From a virus (Duplodnaviria; Caudoviricetes): a DNA stretch of 64,000 bases. The position numbers were made by a program, and so were the translations under genes. How positions within the stretch are numbered: the stretch's first letter is position 1; each line of letters opens with the position of its first letter. The stretch spans positions 32,001 to 96,000 of the IMG/VR virus record IMGVR_UViG_3300013121_000041. One strand, given 5' to 3'. Below, in pieces: positions 56,160-64,000 of the stretch. Below the pieces are notes generated by a model that did no database searches, was not told where the DNA came from, and worked only from the letters and a program-made list of their open reading frames with translations.

Positions 56160-57171
56160 CATCATTAAGGGCGTTGATCCGAATTACGAAGAAGTCGAAA
56201 TCATCACGACAGGTTTCCTAGACACAGGTTCCTACGCACTGAACGCCCTCCTATCCGGGTCGATTTACGGAGGTCTTCCAAATAATCGGACGTCGATGTT
56301 CGCGGGTGATCCGTCGACAGGTAAGACGTACCTAACGTTATCCGTCGTCAAACACTGGATGGATGAAATACCAGAAGCACGCATCCTCTGGTTCGACACG
56401 GAATTCGCACTCGACAGAGAGATGCTGGAACGGCGTGGTATCGACGCATCGCGCTTCTACATTCAACAGCCAGACACGTTGCAGGAATTTCGAACGAAGG
56501 CCCTCAAGATTCTCGAAGATTACGATGGGATGTCCGAACGCCCTCCGTTGATGATGGTCCTCGATTCTCTCGGCAATTTGCCGACGGCGAAAGAGGTCGA
56601 AGATTCTCTCTCCGGTTCTGAAACGAGGGACATGACGAAAGCGCAGATCATCAAGTCGATTTTCCGTCTTTTGACGTTGAAGTTGGGGAAACTCGGCGTA
56701 CCGATGGTGATCTGCAATCACACGTATGATTCGATGTCGGCTTACACGCCGAAGGAAATCAGCGGAGGTTCTGGGAGCAAGTACGCCAGTAGTACGGTAG
56801 TTACACTTTCCCGGTCGAAGGAAAAGGACGGCGACGTCGTCGTCGGCAATATCATCAGGGCCACGACGTACAAGAGCCGGTATTCCAAGGAACATCAGCA
56901 AGTCGAATTGGAATTGAACTTCGATACTGGCCTCGACAAATATTACGGTCTGTTGGACATGGCCGAATCTGCGGGCATATTCAAGAAAGTCGGTAACAAA
57001 TACGAGTTGCCCGACGGTTCGACCGAATTCAAAAAGACGATCAACGGCAATCCACGGAAATTCTACACGAAGGAAGTCCTCGATCGTATTGACGCCTTTG
57101 CGAAGGAACGTTACGGCCTTGGCACCGGCTTCATTCACACCAACGTCGATGCCGACGGAGAGGATGAATGA
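56113..57171 (+). CDS. uvsX: RecA-like recombinase UvsX
   Basis: DTGSY.LN.LLSG, GDPSTGKT, DSLG, DMTKA, GGSG. Confidence 0.95.
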   Translation: MAKKSKKVVKDDPFLDIIKGVDPNYEEVEIITTGFLDTGSYALNALLSGSIYGGLPNNRTSMFAGDPSTGKTYLTLSVVKHWMDEIPEARILWFDTEFALDREMLERRGIDASRFYIQQPDTLQEFRTKALKILEDYDGMSERPPLMMVLDSLGNLPTAKEVEDSLSGSETRDMTKAQIIKSIFRLLTLKLGKLGVPMVICNHTYDSMSAYTPKEISGGSGSKYASSTVVTLSRSKEKDGDVVVGNIIRATTYKSRYSKEHQQVELELNFDTGLDKYYGLLDMAESAGIFKKVGNKYELPDGSTEFKKTINGNPRKFYTKEVLDRIDAFAKERYGLGTGFIHTNVDADGEDE

Positions 57172-58547
57172 GGGTCAGTGAAATTCTTCTGAATAATCTG
57201 ATTCGAAACGAAGATTTCATCCGTCGCGCCAATCCGTACTTCAAGGAAGAATACTTCGAGACCGCTGCGGAACGGGCGACGTATCGTCACGTCGATCAGT
57301 ATATCGCGACGTACAACGTCCCCCCGACGTTCGACGCCATTCTCGTTGCGATGTCTCAAGACAAGGCGATTTCCGAAGTCGCGGAAAAGGAGATCGACGC
57401 TCTCGTCGGGCGGCTGAAGACGGCGACCGAAAAACAGGAGCTAAACTGGCTCCTGACGACGGCGGAACATTTCTGCCGTCAGCGGGCGCTGTATAACGCC
57501 ATCATGTCCTCGATTCAGATTTATGAGGGGAAGGACAAGACCCACGATTGGGGGGCGATCCCATCGATCTTGAACGAGGCGCTCGCCGTGTCGTTCGATA
57601 ATTCCGTCGGCCACGACTGGATGTCCGATGCCCCAGAGAGGTTCACGTATTACAACACGGTCGAGGACAAATTTGAGTTCGACGTCGATTTCCTCAACAA
57701 AATTACATTGGGGGGCGTGGCAAAGAAGACCCTCAATGTCCTCGTGGCAGGACCCCACGCCGGTAAGACGGCCATGTTATGTCACCTCGCAACGGGATAC
57801 TTGAAAAAAGGATTGAACGTCCTCTACATCACGAATGAAATCGCAGAGAAGGAGATTGGACGCAGGATCGACGCCAATTTACTCGACGTGAACATCGAGG
57901 ATTTGGCCAACGTGCCGAAGTCGTTGTTTTTCTCGGGCATCGATGCGATCAAGCAGAAGACCGGGGGGACGCTCAAAATCAAAGAATATCCCGCAACGCA
58001 CTGTCACGTTGGTCACATCGCCGCTTTGTTGGATGAACTTCGCCTGAAACAGGGGTTCGAACCTGCGATCCTCATCGTCGATTATCTCAACATCATGTCG
58101 TCGAACAGGATCAAGTTGGGCCAATCGGTGAATACTTACGTCTACATCAAGTCCATTTCCGAAGAACTACGGGGTCTCGCCACGGAACGACAGTTGCCAG
58201 TATGGACGGCGACGCAGTTCAATCGCACGGGGGCGAAGTCGTCCGATCCTGATATGGATACCGTGAGTGAATGTGTCCACGTCGATGAATTGGTCACATT
58301 GAGTTCCGGCGAAATGCGGCGCATCGTCGACGTTCAAATCGGCGACGGTATAATGTCGCACGACGGGATTAGGACGATCCTCAACAAATCAGACGTAAAA
58401 CGCAAACGCTGCTTTCGTGTTGGGACGAAATCCGGGAGGAGTATCGTCGTTAGCGGTGAACACGTCATCCCCACCGCGCGCGGTCGGCTGTCGATCGTCG
58501 GTGGACTGTGTGTGGGCGATAAAGTAAGGTCGGCCGATGCTGGATGA
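57168..58547 (+). CDS. 41: replicative helicase gp41, N-fragment fused to split intein N-part (58272-58544)
   Basis: AGPHAGKT, IKEYP, VDYLN, EELRGLA, ATQ; then SE|CV..D...QIGD...VSGEH. Confidence 0.92.
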   Translation: MRVSEILLNNLIRNEDFIRRANPYFKEEYFETAAERATYRHVDQYIATYNVPPTFDAILVAMSQDKAISEVAEKEIDALVGRLKTATEKQELNWLLTTAEHFCRQRALYNAIMSSIQIYEGKDKTHDWGAIPSILNEALAVSFDNSVGHDWMSDAPERFTYYNTVEDKFEFDVDFLNKITLGGVAKKTLNVLVAGPHAGKTAMLCHLATGYLKKGLNVLYITNEIAEKEIGRRIDANLLDVNIEDLANVPKSLFFSGIDAIKQKTGGTLKIKEYPATHCHVGHIAALLDELRLKQGFEPAILIVDYLNIMSSNRIKLGQSVNTYVYIKSISEELRGLATERQLPVWTATQFNRTGAKSSDPDMDTVSECVHVDELVTLSSGEMRRIVDVQIGDGIMSHDGIRTILNKSDVKRKRCFRVGTKSGRSIVVSGEHVIPTARGRLSIVGGLCVGDKVRSADAG

Positions 58548-58974
58548 GCGCCGATGTTTAGGTATTTTGGGCGTTTCTGACCGGGCTTCATTCGAGGACG
58601 TCGTTCGAGCGTATCGTAAAATTGTGAAGGCCGTCCATCCAGACCTCAATGGTGGCGTCGGTGATGTGGATAGACTGAGGACCGTTGTTGAAGCGTACAA
58701 TTTTCTCAAAAAGCGCCATTGGAAAATCCATCAACGGAGTTCGCCGCAGAGTGGGATAAACATTTTCAGAATTTTGGACAGCACGTTCAAAATTCACGTG
58801 GCGGTGGAGATCATCGAAGAAGATGACGTGATCTGTCATTGCATGAAAGATGATAAGGAGTTTAGATTTAGGATTCCGAAATCAACGACGTTGCCGACGA
58901 AAGCGACGATCCGCATTGGTTCTGAAACCATCGTGTTGAACATTTATGATGAGGCGTTGAACTATGATCGATGA
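58537..58974 (+). CDS. J-domain (DnaJ-like) protein
   Basis: ILGV....SFEDV.RAYR...K.VHPD...V.EAY..L. Confidence 0.9.
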   Translation: MLDERRCLGILGVSDRASFEDVVRAYRKIVKAVHPDLNGGVGDVDRLRTVVEAYNFLKKRHWKIHQRSSPQSGINIFRILDSTFKIHVAVEIIEEDDVICHCMKDDKEFRFRIPKSTTLPTKATIRIGSETIVLNIYDEALNYDR

Positions 58975-59377
58975 CTTGAAATACAACGATGAGATCGTGA
59001 CCATTGAAGAAATTGGTGAAATGGACACCGTGGATATTTCAGTTACCGGAGATCAGCTATTTTACTGTTCCGGCGTCCTCGTGAAGAATTCCTTCGGTCT
59101 GAATTTTACCGCCGACCTTGAGTTGGCGATGATCACCACGCCGGAAATGCGACAGAACGGCGTCGTCTTAATCAAACAATTGAAGAACAGGTACGGCGAT
59201 TACAACAAATACCCAAAATTCTACGTCGGCTTCGACCGCAACAAAATGCGTTTCTACGATCTCGGCGACGCGGCAACGCAGGGCGTCGGAGAGGAGGCGA
59301 CCGCCACCCCACGACAACCGACGGAGACGAAGCTGCCGGAACGGAAGCGGCCGATCAAAAAACTGGATTTCACATGA
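58964..59377 (+). CDS. 41: split intein C-part (58964-59089) fused to gp41 C-fragment
   Basis: DEIV.IE.IG...TVDISV.GD.LFY..GVLVKN|SFGL..TAD...KQLKNRY.D...MRFYD. Confidence 0.92.
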   Translation: MIDDLKYNDEIVTIEEIGEMDTVDISVTGDQLFYCSGVLVKNSFGLNFTADLELAMITTPEMRQNGVVLIKQLKNRYGDYNKYPKFYVGFDRNKMRFYDLGDAATQGVGEEATATPRQPTETKLPERKRPIKKLDFT

Positions 59378-59697
59378 TGATGACAGAAGAGGAAGTGCGG
59401 GCAACGTTAGAGACCGGCATCTGTCGGGTGGAATATACGACGTTAAAATGTCGTCGTGTCTCCATGTATTGCACGCTGTCAAAAATAATGATCCCCTCCA
59501 CCGTCCCCGATCTACCTCGTGAGGAGGGGACTTTCCTCGGTGAATTGCAGAAATACGTCGATGGGCGGAGGCCGAAGGGTTTCATCGTAGCGTGGGTAGT
59601 CCCGGCACCGAAAGCTTCATTCACGACCATCGGCGGCTGGCGCTCGTTTTACGTCGATCGTCTCCATTCCATAACCGTCGAGGTTCCCCTTGGATGA
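59374..59697 (+). CDS. SH3/WYL-like small protein
   Basis: VEYTT...R..M.CTL, GWRSF. Confidence 0.6.
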   Translation: MMMTEEEVRATLETGICRVEYTTLKCRRVSMYCTLSKIMIPSTVPDLPREEGTFLGELQKYVDGRRPKGFIVAWVVPAPKASFTTIGGWRSFYVDRLHSITVEVPLG

Positions 59698-60067
59698 AAT
59701 GACTTTCGTCGATGGGGTCCGTTCATTTCTCGGTCTTCGTGATGTGAGGGTGATCGTGACCGACAGGCCGTTCGACGAAGATTACGTTGGTTACATTCTG
59801 GAGGGGGCGTGCGACGCGAAGGAGGGCGTCATCTATCTCTACAGACCGTTCACCGAACGAATTTACGACGTCATCGTCCATGAACTTCTCCACGTTCGAC
59901 AGGCGAGGGATTGGGGGATGACGGCCGTGGGTGAGATCGTCATTTATAAGGGTGGTATTTACAACGTTTCTGAATTGGATTATGAGGACAGACCGTGGGA
60001 GAGAGATGTCATCTCTATGGAGGCCGCCGTCAAAGAGGCCGTCCTTAGACGAATGGGTGAGACGTGA
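59690..60067 (+). CDS. HEXXH metallopeptidase-like protein
   Basis: VHELLHVRQ, Y.DRPWE. Confidence 0.7.
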   Translation: MDEMTFVDGVRSFLGLRDVRVIVTDRPFDEDYVGYILEGACDAKEGVIYLYRPFTERIYDVIVHELLHVRQARDWGMTAVGEIVIYKGGIYNVSELDYEDRPWERDVISMEAAVKEAVLRRMGET

Positions 60068-60342
60068 TAGTTACGGTGTTTTTCGGGGATAATAAATGGA
60101 AGGTGATTGGACCCCCCGAATGCCCGCTCGTTCGCGTCGGCAATTACGATGAGATGATGGCGTTCGTCGCTGTCGGTGGGTGGGAGGTCCTTTCACACGA
60201 CGGGACGCCGATCGACCTGAGAGACCTCCGTTACTGGTCGGTCGATGATCAGGTGGCGTTCGTCGATCCCGCCGACGCGGTGAAATACATGATGAGAAAA
60301 GGAGATGATGGTGAAGTCCGGAAAATCGATCGAGAGGATTGA
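60064..60342 (+). CDS. hypothetical protein
   Basis: Coupled ORF. Confidence 0.5.
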   Translation: MIVTVFFGDNKWKVIGPPECPLVRVGNYDEMMAFVAVGGWEVLSHDGTPIDLRDLRYWSVDDQVAFVDPADAVKYMMRKGDDGEVRKIDRED

Positions 60343-62020
60343 AGAAGATCGCGATCTCGCGAGGGGCGAGATCATCGCCGCATACCTAGAATTCGTGAAA
60401 AAAAGCGGGAAACTTCCTAATTTCAGCGATCTCATGGCTGCCGGTATCAGCCGCGCCAAAGTTCGTCATCATTTTTCAAATCTTGACGGTCTGCACAACG
60501 AGATCGTCGATAATTATGCCGCCGATCTGGCAATGTACGTTGCCCACGAGGCGGTCGTTTTTTCGAACGACAAACTCGACGAGTTACGTGAGGAGATCGG
60601 AAAGTACAAGCGGTTCGTCATTACGACGGCGGTCAACGCGAAGGCCGTGTTCAAGCCTTTCTACGATTCCATCGTCAGTTATTGTGCGAAGAAGGAGGCG
60701 AAACTTTTGATCATCCCGTGCGCCGACATCTGGGATCGGTCGGCGTCGATGGCATGGACGTTCGATCCTGCCCTCGGTGGGGAGTCCTTCATTTTCGTCG
60801 ATACGAAACTCAACGATAACCTATCGATCTCGTCGATTCGGATGTCGGCCAAACAGATCAATCCGGTGACGGGGATGTCGCGCTTGGGGCAGCGTAACGG
60901 GTCTTTCATCTTCGCGTCGCCGAAGCAATTTTTGGAATTTGTGATGGGGTCTCCGGACCCCGATCGTCTACCGCACGCGATCATGACTACGGGGACGATC
61001 ACGATCCCAGACTATAACACCGATCGTTATATGTCGGAACGCATTTCCTATATTGCCGAAAACGATCATACTATCGGGGCCGTGATCGTTGAAATTGAAA
61101 ATGATCGGATTTTTCATTTTCGTCAAATGCAGGCAGACGCCGACGGTTCGTTCATCGATCTCGGCGTGCGGTACGCTCAAGACGGATCGACGAAAAAGGT
61201 TACGACCGACATCGTATTGGGTGACTACCACGCTGGTGTGACCGACGAGGTCGTCAAGAAGTGCACCGCCGAAATGTGCACCGAACTAGAAGTGGAAGAC
61301 ATGTTTCTTCACGACTTTTTTGACGGGAAGTCAATATCACACCACGATTTGGCCCAGCCGTTGAAACTGGCGATGAAGGCGGATCGCGACAATCAGCAAA
61401 ACGATCTTTTGAAAGAGATCAAGATCGGCGGCGCTGAGATCAATTGGCTGCACGGACTGATCCGTGGTGGCATCGTCATGGTTCGCGGCAACCACGACGA
61501 ATTCCTCGAACGGTATCTGTATCGGGGGACGTACATCAACGATCCGACGAACCATCGGCTGTCCCTCGAATTGGCCGCGAAGTTGCACGATGGGGTCAAT
61601 CCCCTCGAATACGCATATCTGACTTACGGTGACATCAAAGACGTGGATCGGGTGATCTGGCTCGATCGTGATCAGGAATACAAGGTCGGTGGCGTCGAAT
61701 TGGGACAGCACGGCGATCTTGGGTTTAATGGCTCCCGTGGGTCGCTCCTGTCGGTTGAAAAGGCATACGCAAATTGCGTCGTCGGTCACACACATTCTGG
61801 GGCGATCCTACGCGGCGTTTTTCGTGTCGGTACGTCTTCGAAACTGCGCCTCGATTATAATCGCGGTCCGTCGTCGTGGACGCAGACGCACTGTCTCGTT
61901 TATCGTAACGGCAGTCGACAATTGGTGAACGTCATCGACGGCAAGTGGAGGCTTCCCACTGTAGCGACGACGGGTAAGGTAAAGACGAAGAGGCGACGGG
62001 CCGATGCTGTATCGACATAG
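60305..62020 (+). CDS. large metallophosphoesterase-fold protein
   Basis: GDYH.G, HD.FDG, GNHD, QHGD.G.NG.RG, GHTH. Confidence 0.75.
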   Translation: MMVKSGKSIERIEEDRDLARGEIIAAYLEFVKKSGKLPNFSDLMAAGISRAKVRHHFSNLDGLHNEIVDNYAADLAMYVAHEAVVFSNDKLDELREEIGKYKRFVITTAVNAKAVFKPFYDSIVSYCAKKEAKLLIIPCADIWDRSASMAWTFDPALGGESFIFVDTKLNDNLSISSIRMSAKQINPVTGMSRLGQRNGSFIFASPKQFLEFVMGSPDPDRLPHAIMTTGTITIPDYNTDRYMSERISYIAENDHTIGAVIVEIENDRIFHFRQMQADADGSFIDLGVRYAQDGSTKKVTTDIVLGDYHAGVTDEVVKKCTAEMCTELEVEDMFLHDFFDGKSISHHDLAQPLKLAMKADRDNQQNDLLKEIKIGGAEINWLHGLIRGGIVMVRGNHDEFLERYLYRGTYINDPTNHRLSLELAAKLHDGVNPLEYAYLTYGDIKDVDRVIWLDRDQEYKVGGVELGQHGDLGFNGSRGSLLSVEKAYANCVVGHTHSGAILRGVFRVGTSSKLRLDYNRGPSSWTQTHCLVYRNGSRQLVNVIDGKWRLPTVATTGKVKTKRRRADAVST

Positions 62021-62045
62021 AATGGATAGAAGGGAGAACCCCTCG

Positions 62046-62603
62046 ATGCGTGCGAAGATACCGGTGGTCGTCGTCTTATTCTTCGTCGGTCTCATCATTG
62101 GGTTGTCGTGGTCGACGAAATCACATCCGACGGGCGTAGTGCCAACAAATATAGAATGGGAAGTCGGGTTCTCGCCACGTCGAGGGTCGCAGGATGCGGT
62201 CATTCGTGTCATTAATTCGGCCACCAAAGAGTTGAGGATGGCGACGTACTCGTTCACGAACAAAGAGATCGTCGCGGCGCTCATCGCTGCGAAGGCCCGT
62301 GGCGTTGACGTGAAAATCGTCTCCGACGAGAAATCTAATGGCGGCGATGGGAGTGCCGTGCGGTCGACGGCCGCCAAAGGAATACCGACGAGGTTGAACG
62401 GCAATTACGCGATCCACCACCACAAATTCATCGTGGCTGACGGGACGACGGTTCAGACCGGGTCTTTCAATTACTCGCGTGCGGCGTGGGTCTCGAACGC
62501 CGAAAACGTCATCGTCCTCAGGGGTGTACCGGACATTGCGACGACGTACATCACTGAATGGAATCGTCTGTGGGAGGAATCTTATGATTACGTTGGACAG
62601 TGA
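62046..62603 (+). CDS. phospholipase D family nuclease (Nuc-like) with signal peptide
   Basis: GFSP, HHKFIVAD, TGSFNYS, NAEN. Confidence 0.9.
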   Translation: MRAKIPVVVVLFFVGLIIGLSWSTKSHPTGVVPTNIEWEVGFSPRRGSQDAVIRVINSATKELRMATYSFTNKEIVAALIAAKARGVDVKIVSDEKSNGGDGSAVRSTAAKGIPTRLNGNYAIHHHKFIVADGTTVQTGSFNYSRAAWVSNAENVIVLRGVPDIATTYITEWNRLWEESYDYVGQ

Positions 62604-62785
62604 ACCTAAATTTCTCGTCGGTGACACCGTTGAAAAGGTCTCCGGCTACGTGGAGGACGACTTGGGGTTCGTCCACGTTTTCAACGGCAACCAGTTGCGC
62701 CAGAGAAACCCTTACGTCGAGACTTGACGGCCGACCCCATTTTCGATAGGATCATTTTCCCATTAACAACCAGACGGATCGTCCG

Positions 62786-63139
62786 ATGACGAACAAGAAA
62801 CACAGACTAGTCCTACAGGCAATTTCCCACTGGGAGAAAAACGCCAATATTTCACATATTAGAGAGGCGGATATTTCCCCAAAATCGTGCCCGTTGTGCG
62901 TAAAGTACATGGAGACCAGATGTGGGGGCTGTCCCGTGGCGGAGAAGACCGGTGAGGCCCTTTGCGTGGGCACCCCCTACTATGCCGCCCACGATATTGT
63001 CGAGCGCTACAGGACCGCTACGACGGTTTCTGGGGCCGATCTAGGGAGGTTCTTGACCGAATTCCAAGAGATTGCGATCCGTGAAATCGCCTTCCTTCAA
63101 ACGGTCCTAACTGGGGAGGACGCCAGTGCGCCAAGGTAA
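62786..63139 (+). CDS. Cys-rich hypothetical protein
   Basis: CPLC...C.GCP...C; promoter TTGACG-17nt-TAGGAT at 62725. Confidence 0.6.
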   Translation: MTNKKHRLVLQAISHWEKNANISHIREADISPKSCPLCVKYMETRCGGCPVAEKTGEALCVGTPYYAAHDIVERYRTATTVSGADLGRFLTEFQEIAIREIAFLQTVLTGEDASAPR

Positions 63140-63530
63140 AATATGGGGCGTCACCAGTCCCGTCCTCATGACGCCGATGATTGAAATTCACGCTATCTCC
63201 GTTCTGCCGAAATCCCACTGTTCGCAGCACCGCCATCAGTTCAAATGGAACGGGTTCTACGTCCTGTCCGGGGAATTGGACGTACTCGTTCAAAAAAATG
63301 ATTACGATCTGATCGACCGGACCCGCCTGTCGGCGGGGGAATTTACGACGGTCACTCCGGGGGAACTTCATTGGTTCGAATCGGGAGACACTGCCGTCGA
63401 AGCTCTCGAAATCTACTACATCGAACCGATCGACGGACATGACATCGTGAGGGAGAGCGTCGGTGGTCGCGACGACCGTGTTCTGAACGTCGTGAACGTC
63501 GTTCATTCCAAACGAAACGGGGGGGAATGA
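63126..63530 (+). CDS. cupin domain protein
   Basis: KIWG, CS.H.H..K...FYV.SG, PGE.H.F. Confidence 0.8.
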   Translation: MRQGKIWGVTSPVLMTPMIEIHAISVLPKSHCSQHRHQFKWNGFYVLSGELDVLVQKNDYDLIDRTRLSAGEFTTVTPGELHWFESGDTAVEALEIYYIEPIDGHDIVRESVGGRDDRVLNVVNVVHSKRNGGE

Positions 63531-63709
63531 TGTGGTTCATTTTGACGTGGGTCGTCAGTATTTTTTATTTTTGGATGGCCGTCATGGCGTTTTGGGTGAG
63601 CGTCGTGGTGTTAAACTCGTCGCTCACCGTCGGTTTTATGAGGGCCGCGTTCTGGCCTCTGTGGTTCGTGACGAGGTGGTTGAACTTCAATGAAACCAGA
63701 AGATATTAA
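63527..63709 (+). CDS. small membrane protein
   Basis: Hydrophobic ORF. Confidence 0.45.
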   Translation: MMWFILTWVVSIFYFWMAVMAFWVSVVVLNSSLTVGFMRAAFWPLWFVTRWLNFNETRRY

Positions 63710-63941
63710 CGTTACGAAAGTGACGCGCGACGACTTTTCGATGCGCGTCAAGAGTCGGGTGGCCGAAGACGGGTCGGATTGGTTGGACGCAATCCTATCT
63801 GTCGCCGCCGAGTGCAAGATCGAAGTTGAAAGTGTGCCCCGGCTGCTCACGGTGGACATCAAGGAAATGCTGGAAGATGAGGTCAGTGGTTTGAACCTCA
63901 TCAAGGGCGGTGAACGCCACGATAAATTGTCGTTCAAATGA
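63690..63941 (+). CDS. 33: late transcription coactivator gp33
   Basis: WLDAI.......IEVE.V..LL...IKE.LE.E...LNLIK. Confidence 0.85.
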   Translation: MKPEDINVTKVTRDDFSMRVKSRVAEDGSDWLDAILSVAAECKIEVESVPRLLTVDIKEMLEDEVSGLNLIKGGERHDKLSFK

Positions 63942-64000
63942 CGGACGCCGTGACGCCGGAAAGGGCGAGGGAGATTTTCATCGCCGTGTCCCTACATTTC
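63938..64000 (+). CDS. 59: helicase loader gp59 (partial)
   Basis: IFIAVSLHF resembles the gp59 N-terminus; synteny after gene 33. Confidence 0.55.
   Translation, partial: MTDAVTPERAREIFIAVSLHF

Overview
This window is 64 kb of a large T4-like (Tevenvirinae-type) myophage genome. It carries the T4 core replication and late-transcription block: gp61, gp3, uvsY, uvsW, gp55, gp47, gp46, gp45, gp44, gp62, regA, hsp20, gp43, uvsX, gp41, gp33 and the start of gp59. It also has T4 late promoters (NATAAATA), dispersed lysis genes, and many accessory genes (serS, def, a release factor, Ro60, speD, ygiB/ygiC, glycosyltransferases, two DNA methyltransferases). An alphaproteobacterial host is suggested by GTTC-N7-GTTC LexA boxes, a ROSE-like element and the SerRS N-terminus. 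The most notable observation is a possible release-factor-coupled recoding module at about 50.0-54.5 kb. A cloverleaf-like RNA precedes an RF1-like gene interrupted by an in-frame UGA. Directly downstream, the DNA polymerase is split around an HNH gene, and its C-terminal subunit needs a +1 frameshift at AAGGTG-TTA-CTT-TAA-C, the same geometry as the prfB (RF2) shift site. Other highlights are a gp41 helicase fractured by a split intein with a J-domain gene between the halves, two minimal Y-RNA-like repeats before Ro60, a roughly 400-nt structured non-coding region next to three LexA boxes, and methyltransferase genes inserted with duplicated flanks. All calls come from reading motifs by eye; no database searches or folding programs were run.
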